Assembly: GCA_963742205.1 (NCBI GenBank) | Contig: CAVUKZ010000002.1 | Location: 99,887 to 163,886 of the forward strand | DNA length: 64,000 nt | Direction: 5' to 3' | Origin: an uncultured Solirubrobacterales bacterium | GTDB lineage: Bacteria > Actinomycetota > Thermoleophilia > Solirubrobacterales > 70-9 | In this document: one piece after another, positions 17,272 through 25,288 of the stretch | How positions within the stretch are numbered: the stretch's first letter is position 1 | How the letters are laid out: each line of letters begins with the position of its first letter | Notes under the pieces: model-generated | The model's database searches: none | Seen by the model: the letters and a program-made list of their open reading frames with translations, nothing else | What the model was told of the DNA's origin: nothing | Made by a program: the position numbers and the translations under genes

Positions 17272-18557
17272 GCCGCCCTCGCGAGCGCCGGCGCCAGCGC
17301 GGGCGCCGGGATCGCGCCGGGCGCCGCGATCCCCTCGCAGGCGCGCAGAGCGCTCCAGACGCCGTCCTCGTGAAAGCCCCAGCGCCAGTAGGCGCCGCAG
17401 TAGTGGGTGCGGCGCACGCCGCTGACCTCATCCCAGCGCCCCTGCGCGACGAGCCCCGCCCGGGTGTAGACGGGATGGTCATAGACGAACTCGTCGACCA
17501 CGGTGGCCGGGTCGATCCGCTCGCGCAGGTTGAGCGTCACGAGCAGCTCGCGGTCCGCGCGCAGCGCCTGGAGGCGGTTCATGTAATAGGTGATCGTCGT
17601 CCGGCCGACGGCCTCCGGGACGAGGTGGCAGTTCCACGACGCCCAGGCCCGCCGCCGGCGCGGCAAAAGCGACGCGTCCGTGTGCAGGATGGCCTCGTTG
17701 CGGACGTACGGGATCGCGCCGAGCACCTCGCGCTCCGCGTCGGAGGGGTCGGCGAGCAGCGCCAGCGCCTGGTCGGAGTGCAGCGCCAGCACCACCTCGT
17801 CGAAGTGCTCGCGCCCGTCGCGGGTGGCGACCTCGACCCCCGCGGGCCCACGGCTGATCGCCCGCACCCGGGTGCGCAGCCGCAGCCGATCGCCGAGGGG
17901 GGCGACGAGCCGCTCCACATAGGCCCGTGAGCCACCGGCGATGCTGCGCCACCGCGGACGGCCGATGAACTGCAGCGCGCCGTGGTTCGAAAGGAACTCG
18001 GCCAAAAAGGCGGCGGGGAAGTCGCCGAGCTCGTCCGGGTCAGCCGACCAGACGGCGGAGACCTGCGGGATCAGCAGGCGTTCGACGAACCAGCGCGAGT
18101 AGCCCCCACGGTCGAGGAACTCGCCCAGCGAGGGGCCCGAGCCGTTCGCCCCGAGCAGGCCGCGGGCCTCGCGGAAGAAGCGGGCGAGGTCGGCGATCAT
18201 CCGGTGAAAGCGCGGGTCGGCGATGTGAGCGGGGCGTGCGAAGACGCCGCGGGCATTGGAAGACCACTCGAAGCCGCCGCGGCCGTCAGCGACCGAGAGC
18301 GACATCTCGGCCGGCTGCGACGCCACCCCGAGCTCGTCCAGCAGGCGCTCGAAGTTCGGGTAGTTGCGGTCGTTGAAGACGATGAACCCGGTGTCGACGT
18401 TCCAGGTGCCCCCCGGGGTCTCGACCGGCACCGTGTTGGAATGCCCGCCAGGGCGGGCGTCGGCCTCGAACACGACCACGTCGTGTCCCGCGAGGTCGAG
18501 CTCGCGCGCCGCGACCAGGCCCGAGATCCCGGCGCCGACGACCGCGATGCGGCTCAT
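17268..18557 (-). CDS. NAD(P)/FAD-dependent oxidoreductase, amine-oxidase / phytoene-desaturase-like fold (UfaD-like)
   Basis: MSRIAVVGAGISGLVAARELDLAGHDVVVFEADARPGGHSNT dinucleotide-binding motif. The ATG at 18557 overlaps the frame-corrected TGA of the SDR gene (ATGA). The track fuses it to the SDR as a 773-aa ORF. Confidence 0.85.
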   Translation of the reverse strand: MSRIAVVGAGISGLVAARELDLAGHDVVVFEADARPGGHSNTVPVETPGGTWNVDTGFIVFNDRNYPNFERLLDELGVASQPAEMSLSVADGRGGFEWSSNARGVFARPAHIADPRFHRMIADLARFFREARGLLGANGSGPSLGEFLDRGGYSRWFVERLLIPQVSAVWSADPDELGDFPAAFLAEFLSNHGALQFIGRPRWRSIAGGSRAYVERLVAPLGDRLRLRTRVRAISRGPAGVEVATRDGREHFDEVVLALHSDQALALLADPSDAEREVLGAIPYVRNEAILHTDASLLPRRRRAWASWNCHLVPEAVGRTTITYYMNRLQALRADRELLVTLNLRERIDPATVVDEFVYDHPVYTRAGLVAQGRWDEVSGVRRTHYCGAYWRWGFHEDGVWSALRACEGIAAPGAIPAPALAPALARAA

Positions 18558-19589
18558 CGGGCGTCCACGCGCTGCGGGTCGCGCTCGCCCGACCGATCGT
18601 CGAAGCCGCTGAGCCGAACGAGCCCGTCCCAGGCCGCCCGCCGCTCCGACTCGGTCTCGCGAGTTCGCGGCAGGCGGTGCAGAGAGCGCGGCACGGCGAT
18701 CGTGCCAAAAGCCGCTCGGGCCCGATGGAGCCTCGGGCGCCGCGAGCAGCCACACGGCCGTGTCGGCGCCCTGCCGCGGGTCGCGGAGCAGCGGGCGGGC
18801 CAGCCGGGCGAACCGCGGCAGTGCCTCGTCGAGCCCGCCAGTGCGCACCCACCCGGGGTGCATCGAGTAGACGGCGATGCCCTCCGACCGCCACCGCTCG
18901 GCCAGCTGCTCGGCGACGATCACCTGAAGCCGCTTCGCGTGCGCGTAGAAGCGCGGCCCGTCGAACTCCTCTCGCTCGAGCTCGAGATCGTCGGGGCGCA
19001 CGCGCGCCGTGTACATGCCGCCCGAGGAGACGAAGACCACCCGCGAGGGAACGGCGGCGCGCAGCTCGGGCGCGAGCAGGCCGGTGAGCAGGAGCGGGCC
19101 GAGGACGTGGGTGGCGACCGTCAGCTCATGGCCCTGGGCGGTGCGCCGGCGCTCGTGCACGAGCACGCCGGCGTTGTGAACGATGCCGCGCAGGTCCGGG
19201 CCGCGCTCGCGAAAGCGAGCGGCGAAATCGCGGACCGCGTCCAGGTCGGAGAGGTCGCACTGCCAGATCTCCGGCGCCCGAGCGTCCGGCGCCAACCGGC
19301 CGCGGACGCGCTCCGCGGCGGCCACGAGGCGCTCGCGGTCGCGGCCGACCATGTGCACGCGCGCGCCGCGGGCGGCGAGCCCGGCGGCGGACGCCTCCCC
19401 GATTCCGGCGCTCGCTCCGGTGACGATCACGTCGGCGCCGGTGACGCGCGAGACGGCCGGCGGCCCGCTCCAGGCCCCGGAGCGCAGCCGATAGCCGGGC
19501 GCGCCGAAGCCGGGCACGACGGCGAGATCCAGGGCCCGGTCGAGCAGCGCCCGCGGGCCTCGTACGCGGGAAGAGAGCATGGGTGTCAT
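18554..19589 (-). pseudogene. Short-chain dehydrogenase/reductase, one frame change near 18697
   Basis: VIVTGASAGIGEA.. SDR N-terminus. After ..GFWHD(R) the natural C-terminus VPRSLHRLPRTRETESERRAAWDGLVRLSGFDDRSGERDPQRVDAR* is in another frame and ends at the TGA 18556-18554. Confidence 0.75.
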
Positions 19590-19616
19590 GAATTTGTCAA
19601 AGGTTTGTCGAGATTG
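19584..19616. promoter_or_regulatory. Three tandem 11-bp direct repeats, TGTCATGAATT / TGTCAAAGGTT / TGTCGAGATTG. Candidate CarH/LitR operator.
   Basis: TGTC(A/G) starts at 19584, 19595 and 19606, exactly 11 bp apart. The third repeat runs into the -35 TTGACG. A fourth TGTCA lies at 19649-19653. The repeats sit between the divergent SDR operon and the MerR-B12 gene. Confidence 0.5.
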
Positions 19617-19642
19617 ACGCCCACAGAATTAGCGGGTAGCCT
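19614..19642 (+). promoter_or_regulatory. Putative sigma-70-type promoter of the carH-like operon (TTGACG-N17-TAGCCT)
   Basis: -35 TTGACG at 19614-19619, a 17-bp spacer, then -10 TAGCCT (TAnnnT) at 19637-19642, about 30 nt upstream of the ATG at 19675. Confidence 0.4.
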
Positions 19643-19674
19643 CGGTTCTGTCAAGTGTTAGTCCAGCTTCTGCC

Positions 19675-20571
19675 ATGAGTTCCGACCTTCCTACGTCGAG
19701 CGCACGACTTCGGATCGGTGAGCTCTCCCGCCGCACGGGTGTCGCCGCGGACACGCTGCGCGCCTGGGAGCGCCGATACGGCCTCCTGCACCCGGAGCGC
19801 TCGCCGGGCGGCTTTCGCCTCTACTCGGCCGCCGACGAGACACGGGTGCGCGCGATGACCGCGCTCCTGGCGGAAGGGCTCTCGGCCGGCGAGGCGGCAC
19901 GGTCCCTGCGCGAGCCCGCACCGACACAGCCCGCCGCGGCCGCGACGACGGTCGCCCCGCAGGCCCTGGAGCTCGCCGACGCGCTCGCGGCGCTCGACGA
20001 CGGCCGCGCCAACGCCATCCTCGACCGCGCGGTGGCCGCGCTCTCGCTGGACGCGCTGCTCGCCGACGTCCTACTGGCGACGATGCGCGAGATCGGCGAG
20101 CGCTGGGAACGCGGCGAAATCGGGATCGGCGAAGAGCACTTCGCCAGCAACCTGGTCCGCGGGCGCATGGTGGCCCTGGCGCGGGGCTGGGGAACCGGCG
20201 CCGGAGCGCTCGCCGTCCTCGCCTGCCCACCGGGCGAGCACCACGACCTGGGCCTGATCGCGTTCGGCCTGGCGCTGCGCGCCCGCGGCTGGCGCATCGC
20301 CTATCTCGGCCAGGACACGCCGATCGAGACCGCCGCGGAAACCGCGGAGCGGCTCGGGGCGCGGCTCATCGTCGTGGCCGCGCTCGACCCCGAGGCGTTG
20401 CGTCCGCACGTCGCCGAGCTTCGCGGGCTCGCGGGCCTGGCCGCGTTGCGCCTCGGCGGCCCCGGGGCGGCGGCGCCGCTGGCGCAGGACCTCGGCACGG
20501 CGCCGCTCCCGGCCGACCCGGTGGCGGCCGCGCGACAGGTCGCGGCCGATCTCGGAACGGGCGCGCCATGA
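19675..20571 (+). CDS. carH: MerR-family regulator with a C-terminal cobalamin-binding domain (CarH/LitR-type AdoB12 light sensor)
   Basis: MerR HTH (LRIGELSRRTGVAADTLRAWERRYGLLHPERSPGGFRLY). Wx9EH motif (W-ERGEIGIGE-EH, codons 20104-20139). ExHxxG motif (EHHDLG, 20236-20253), followed by a Rossmann-like B12 domain. Confidence 0.85.
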   Translation: MSSDLPTSSARLRIGELSRRTGVAADTLRAWERRYGLLHPERSPGGFRLYSAADETRVRAMTALLAEGLSAGEAARSLREPAPTQPAAAATTVAPQALELADALAALDDGRANAILDRAVAALSLDALLADVLLATMREIGERWERGEIGIGEEHFASNLVRGRMVALARGWGTGAGALAVLACPPGEHHDLGLIAFGLALRARGWRIAYLGQDTPIETAAETAERLGARLIVVAALDPEALRPHVAELRGLAGLAALRLGGPGAAAPLAQDLGTAPLPADPVAAARQVAADLGTGAP

Positions 20572-21128
20572 GCCCGCGCCCGATCGAGTTCCCGGTCACG
20601 GGCCTGAGCGACGGCGTCGTCACCCTGCGGCTGATGAGCGAGGCGGATGTCCCCGCGATCGTCGCCGCGGTGCAGGACCCCGAGATCCCCCGCTACACGC
20701 GAGTCCCGGAGGCCTACGGCGAGGAGGACGCCCGGCAGTGGCAGCGGATGGCGAGCACCGGCCTGAGCACCGGGAGCGAGCTCCCCACGCTGGTCGTCGA
20801 CGCGACCGACGGACGTCTGCTCGGCGCCGTCAGCCTGCACAACCTGGATCCCGAAAGCGGCCGCTGCTCGGCCGGATACTGGGTCACCGCGGAGGAACGC
20901 CGCCGTGGCGTCGCGAGACGGGCGCTCACCCTCCTCTGCCGCTACGCGTTCGACGAGCTGGACGTGAAGCGGGTTGAACTCTGGATCGAGCCGGGCAACG
21001 CGCCGTCGCTGCGCGTCGCCGAGGCCGCGGGGTTCGCGCGCGAGGGCCTACTGCGGTCGTTCATGCACGTCGGCGGCCGCCGCCGGGACATGCTGATGTA
21101 CTCGCTCTTGCCGGTCGACCTCGGGTGA
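20568..21128 (+). CDS. GNAT-family N-acetyltransferase (RimJ/RimL-like)
   Basis: The ATG overlaps the carH stop (ATGA). ..YWVTAEERRRGVARRALTLLCRYAFDELDVKRVELWIEPGNAPSLRVAEAAGFAREG is a typical acetyl-CoA binding core. Confidence 0.85.
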   Translation: MSPRPIEFPVTGLSDGVVTLRLMSEADVPAIVAAVQDPEIPRYTRVPEAYGEEDARQWQRMASTGLSTGSELPTLVVDATDGRLLGAVSLHNLDPESGRCSAGYWVTAEERRRGVARRALTLLCRYAFDELDVKRVELWIEPGNAPSLRVAEAAGFAREGLLRSFMHVGGRRRDMLMYSLLPVDLG

Positions 21129-21787
21129 GGCTCGACTCGCGGCAACCGGCGCTACCCTCAACCGTGTCCGAGCATGGCTGCGCCTCGTTCGCACAACCCG
21201 CCACCCGCCCTTCGCCCGTGAGCCCCGAGCTGAACGGCGACCGCACCGCATGGCTGCGCTGCTATCGGTGCTGGTCGACCCGGCTCGAGGCCCAGGTGCA
21301 CTACGACGCGATCATCCGCGTCGACCCCGACTCCGGCGAGACCGCGGAGCGGGTCGAAGAGGTCCAGGAGGCGGTCGTCCAATGCCTCGACTGCATGCAC
21401 GACCAGCCGCACCTGTCGATCGAGGACGGCCGCGTCGTCCCGATCTCGGAGCGCTGGGAGCGGATGGTCGCCGGAACGCCGTGGGTCGCCTCGTGCACGG
21501 TCACCGTCGATCAGGACAACGTCGAGACCTGCTCCGGCCCCGAGGCCGCCGACAGCCTCACCTACGCGGCCTTCGGCGACCCGGGCACGCGCGAGTTCTT
21601 CACCCACGTGCGCTTCCACAAGCACGACGAGGAGCGAATCATCGTCCACCTGCTCGTGGAGCTCTACGCGCGTTCGGCCGAGGAGGCCACGGACGTGCTC
21701 GAGGACGCCTCGCGCGGGGTGCTCGAGCTGACCTCGCTGGCCGAGGAATCACGGCCGCCGGCACACGCGGCCGACGACGCCCACTGA
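21125..21787 (+). CDS. Hypothetical protein with CxxC..CxxC zinc-ribbon-like motif
   Basis: The GTG overlaps the GNAT stop (GTGA); an alternative GTG lies at 21218. It has CYRC and CLDC pairs about 45 aa apart and an acidic C-terminal half. No family recognised. Confidence 0.5.
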   Translation: MRLDSRQPALPSTVSEHGCASFAQPATRPSPVSPELNGDRTAWLRCYRCWSTRLEAQVHYDAIIRVDPDSGETAERVEEVQEAVVQCLDCMHDQPHLSIEDGRVVPISERWERMVAGTPWVASCTVTVDQDNVETCSGPEAADSLTYAAFGDPGTREFFTHVRFHKHDEERIIVHLLVELYARSAEEATDVLEDASRGVLELTSLAEESRPPAHAADDAH

Positions 21788-21793
21788 GGGCCC

Positions 21794-22438
21794 TCAGAGC
21801 CCCAGTCGCGTTCGCACGCCCGGGTCGGCGAGCGACCCGAACAGCTCGTGGGCTTCGTGGAGCTCCACCTCGTCGAGGGACGGGACGCCGATCACCGTGA
21901 GCCCCGCGGCCCGCGCCGCGGCCACGCCCGTGGGCGAGTCCTCGAAGACGACGATCTCGGGCGACGGGACGAGGCCGAGCTGGTCGCAGGCGGCCAGGTA
22001 GGCGTCGGGCGCCGGCTTGGGAGCCGGCACGTCGTGACCGCTGACGACCGCCTCGAAGCCGTCGAGCCCGCCCAGCTCGAGCGCGCGCTTGATGAACGAG
22101 AGCGGCGAGTTCGAGACGACCCCCGTGCGCACCCCGCGCTCGTGGAGGGTGGTCACCAGCTCCACGGCACCGGGCATCGGCTTCACGCCGCGCTCGAGCT
22201 CCTCGACGACCAGCGCGTCGAGCTCGATGATCAGCGCCGCCTCGGTGCCCTCCTCGCCGAGCTGGCGAGCGAGCGTCCGGCCGGCGATCTGGGCCGACGT
22301 GCCGACCAGCTCCAGCTTGTGCTCCAGGGTGAACTCGAGCCCGCGCCGGCGGAAGAGGTGCTCCTCCCCCTTGCTCCAGACCACCTCCGTGTCGAGCAGC
22401 AGCCCGTCGTTGTCGAAGATCACCGCCGGAGGTCTCAT
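21794..22438 (-). CDS. HAD-superfamily hydrolase (beta-phosphoglucomutase-like subfamily IA)
   Basis: VIFDNDGLLLDTE (DxDG motif I), SNS motif II, and FEDSPTGVAAARAAG motif IV. Confidence 0.85.
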   Translation of the reverse strand: MRPPAVIFDNDGLLLDTEVVWSKGEEHLFRRRGLEFTLEHKLELVGTSAQIAGRTLARQLGEEGTEAALIIELDALVVEELERGVKPMPGAVELVTTLHERGVRTGVVSNSPLSFIKRALELGGLDGFEAVVSGHDVPAPKPAPDAYLAACDQLGLVPSPEIVVFEDSPTGVAAARAAGLTVIGVPSLDEVELHEAHELFGSLADPGVRTRLGL

Positions 22439-22485
22439 GACCGGGCGATCCTAGAGACGACGGCGGCGAGGGCTAGCGTTGGCGC

Positions 22486-24327
22486 GTGGACGCGGGCTTG
22501 GTCATCACCGAGCGCGGACAGCATCTCGTACACCTGCTGGTCGCCGCCCTGCTCGCAGGGATCCTGCTGGCGGCATCGGCCGTCGGCGGTGGCGATGACC
22601 AGGGCCCGGACGATCGCTGGCTCTCGCTGAGCGGCGCCGCGGCACTCGCGGCCGCACCGTGCCCGTCCGACACCAGCGTCGCGTTGCCGACCGTGAGCCC
22701 GGCCCGCATCGAGGCCGCCCGCGAGCGCCGCTTCTCGGTCTTCGGGCCAAAGCCGACGGAGCTCCCGGCGCCGATCGACTGGCACACCGATCCGCTCGAC
22801 GCCGAGCGCTACCGGCAGAACCTGCAAAAGCTCCGCTTCCTCGTCCCGCTGCTCTCGAGCTACGCCGCCACCGGCAACACGGAGGACCTCGACGAGGCCG
22901 CCGGCGTGGCCCTCGACTGGGTGGACCAGAACCCGTTCGGCGATCCCGACACGCCCGAGGAGGCGTGGACGGACAAGGTGACCGGCGACCGGACCCCGTA
23001 CGTCGCCTACGTGCTGCGCGCCGCGTCGTGCGAGGGGCTGCTGACGCCCGCGGCGAAGCGCACGCTGCTCGCCTCGCTGCTCCAGCACGGCGAGGTGCTG
23101 GCCTCCAAGCGGAACTACACCCGCGACAACCATGGCCTGTTCGCCGACCTGGGCCTGGCCCGGCTGACGGCGTTCGTGCCCTTCGCCGACGAGGCCGAAC
23201 GGTGGCGGGCGCTCGCCCGCGAGCGGTTTGAGACCACCCTGCGGCGTCGGCTGTCGCAGGGCGTCTGGCTCGAGCATTCCTCGGCCTACCAGTTCCTCGC
23301 CATCCGCCCGCTGGACTCGCTGCTCGCCGTCCTCGGCCCCGACCCCGAGCTCACCGACCTGCGCGACGAGATGCGCTCGGCCGCCGCCTGGTTCGTCAAG
23401 CCCGACGGCGAGATGACCCAGTTCGGCGACTCCAACCTCGAGCCGGTGCCCGATTGGGCGCAGGGCCAGGCGGCGGGCACGAGGGCCTACTTCGGCGCCG
23501 GCTTCGCCTTCGTGCGCGAACCGGGGCCCGCGGGCGACCTCGGCTACCTCGCGGTCACCGACGGCTTCCACAACCTGACCCACAAGCACGCCGACGAGCT
23601 CAGCTTCGAGCTCTTCGACCACGGCGCGAGCATCGTCAGCGACACCGGCCTCTACCACAAGGATCCAGGCGAGATCCGCGACTACGTCCTCTCGAACCGC
23701 GCCCACAGCGGGCTGGTCGTCGACGGGCTCGACCTGCCGATCGCCGACGGGTCACTCGCGTACGGGTCGGGGTTGACGGCCGCCGGCGAGGGCGACGGTT
23801 GGTACGCGATCGAGGGGCGCAACCCGCTCCTGCGCGGCCAGGGCGTGGCCCACACGAGGCTCTTCCTCTACCGGCCGGGGGTGGCGCTGGTGATCGTCGA
23901 CCGCCTGCGCTCGGATACGACCCACACCTACACGCGCTACCTGCAGCTGCACCCGGACGTCGAGCTCGGCGACCGCGACGAGGTTGGGATCCAGATCAAC
24001 GCTCCCGGCTTCGCGGGCGCCGTTTACGACGCGCCGGGCGACAACCCGGCGACGAGGACGCAGACACGGGGGCAGCACCATCCCCTTCAAGGGCTGAGCT
24101 CGCCGAGCTTCCGCGAGTTCGTGCCCCGCTGGACGCTCGCCTTCGCCGACACGGGGTCGTCCGAGGTCCGAGCGCTGACGATCGCGCTCGATCAGAGCGC
24201 GCTACGGGCGACGTCGGCCCACGCGAGCGGCCCGCGCACGACCGTCGAGCTCACCGACGCGGAGGGCCGCGACTCGGAGCTCGAGGTCGTGCGCGAGCGG
24301 CGCCGGCTGTCGATTACCGCCGGCTGA
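22486..24327 (+). CDS. Heparinase II/III-family (alginate-lyase-like plus heparinase II/III C-terminal domain) membrane-anchored protein
   Basis: N-terminal TM segment, then ..RDNHGLFADLGLARL.., ..GFHNLTHKHADELSFELFDHGASIVSDTGLYHKD.. and NRAHSGLVVDG, as in heparinase II/III-like proteins. Confidence 0.75.
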   Translation: MDAGLVITERGQHLVHLLVAALLAGILLAASAVGGGDDQGPDDRWLSLSGAAALAAAPCPSDTSVALPTVSPARIEAARERRFSVFGPKPTELPAPIDWHTDPLDAERYRQNLQKLRFLVPLLSSYAATGNTEDLDEAAGVALDWVDQNPFGDPDTPEEAWTDKVTGDRTPYVAYVLRAASCEGLLTPAAKRTLLASLLQHGEVLASKRNYTRDNHGLFADLGLARLTAFVPFADEAERWRALARERFETTLRRRLSQGVWLEHSSAYQFLAIRPLDSLLAVLGPDPELTDLRDEMRSAAAWFVKPDGEMTQFGDSNLEPVPDWAQGQAAGTRAYFGAGFAFVREPGPAGDLGYLAVTDGFHNLTHKHADELSFELFDHGASIVSDTGLYHKDPGEIRDYVLSNRAHSGLVVDGLDLPIADGSLAYGSGLTAAGEGDGWYAIEGRNPLLRGQGVAHTRLFLYRPGVALVIVDRLRSDTTHTYTRYLQLHPDVELGDRDEVGIQINAPGFAGAVYDAPGDNPATRTQTRGQHHPLQGLSSPSFREFVPRWTLAFADTGSSEVRALTIALDQSALRATSAHASGPRTTVELTDAEGRDSELEVVRERRRLSITAG

Positions 24328-24339
24328 GCGTCGCGTCGA

Positions 24340-24711
24340 TCACTCGTCGACGGGCGCCGCGAGGACGTTGCCGTTCGAGGCATCGACCTTGACATCGTGC
24401 GAGCCGACGTCGACGTTGAACACCAGGTGCCCCTGGTAGTCCTCGAGGTCGACCTCGTTCAGCGGGCCGGTGGCCGCCGTCTGGGCCGCCTTGATCGCCT
24501 CGGCCTCGGTGATCTTGGCCTGCGACAGCAGATCGGCGCCGTCGTCCAGACGGGAGCCGCTCGCGTCCGGGGCGTGGATCGCCTCGTTCTCGGCCGACGG
24601 GGAGGACGGCTCCTGGCCGCCCTGCGACGAGCTGCTCGCGTTCGCGATGCTGGCGCCGCCGATGGCGACGGCTCCGACGACGCCGAGCGTTGCGAGAGTG
24701 CGCTTGTTCAT
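24340..24711 (-). CDS. Secreted PepSY-domain protein
   Basis: Signal peptide MNKRTLATLGVVGAVAIGGASIANA. The C-terminal KITEAEAIKAAQTAATGPLNEVDLEDYQGHLVFNVDVGSHDVKVDASNGNVL is a PepSY-like pattern. Confidence 0.75.
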   Translation of the reverse strand: MNKRTLATLGVVGAVAIGGASIANASSSSQGGQEPSSPSAENEAIHAPDASGSRLDDGADLLSQAKITEAEAIKAAQTAATGPLNEVDLEDYQGHLVFNVDVGSHDVKVDASNGNVLAAPVDE

Positions 24712-24786
24712 CGTGTGCTCCTTTGAGTTGGTTTGCACGGTGCGAGCAACCCTCGCGAGCGCCGATGGAATGGCGATGAACCGGGC

Positions 24787-25263
24787 TTAAGGATTCGATG
24801 AAAGCCGGGCGAGACGCCGGTGGCGGTGGTGAAACAGCGCGCCGACGATGGCCGCCGCGAGGCGCTCGGCGCCCGGAATCCAGGCGATCGCGGGCCGCAG
24901 CTCGAAGCCCAGCGCGTCCGTGACCCGGCATGAGCCCGCCCCCTCGGGCTCGACCACGCGCTCGTGCTGCCAGACGCGGAAGGCGAGCGTGCTCGAGCGT
25001 TCGAGAAACCGACGGCCCGGCTCCAGCTCGGCGAGGCAGAGGTCGTCGTAGTCCACCGGGAGCAGGCCACCGAGCAGGATCCAGCTCCGCCCGAGCGGCA
25101 CTCCCACCTCGACGTCGTCGACGGTCCTGCCGCGCAGCCCGGGCGGCATCGTCATCCGCAGGATCGGCGCCAGCTCGGCGTTGATCCCCTCCTCGGTCAC
25201 CGCTCGCGCCCACACCTGCGCCGCCGGCATCGCCACGACCGAGCTTCGCCTCACCGAGCGCAC
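24787..25263 (-). CDS. SRPBCC (START / polyketide-cyclase-like) family protein
   Basis: 158-aa ORF with the typical ..VVAMPAAQVWARAVTEEGINAELAP.. N-terminus of SRPBCC ligand-binding proteins. Assigned by overall pattern only. Confidence 0.55.
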   Translation of the reverse strand: MRSVRRSSVVAMPAAQVWARAVTEEGINAELAPILRMTMPPGLRGRTVDDVEVGVPLGRSWILLGGLLPVDYDDLCLAELEPGRRFLERSSTLAFRVWQHERVVEPEGAGSCRVTDALGFELRPAIAWIPGAERLAAAIVGALFHHRHRRLARLSSNP

Positions 25264-25288
25264 CGGCGGATTCGTATATCAATCCCCC

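Noticed and set aside
22435-23706. 423-aa minus-strand ORF, and similar antisense ORFs (12454-13641, 37402-38712, 41700-43166, 57539-58828, 61907-63271)
   Set aside because: All lie opposite strongly supported genes (heparinase-like, ecm, pckG, kinase, ABC ATPase, HtrA/esterase) and have shadow-ORF composition.
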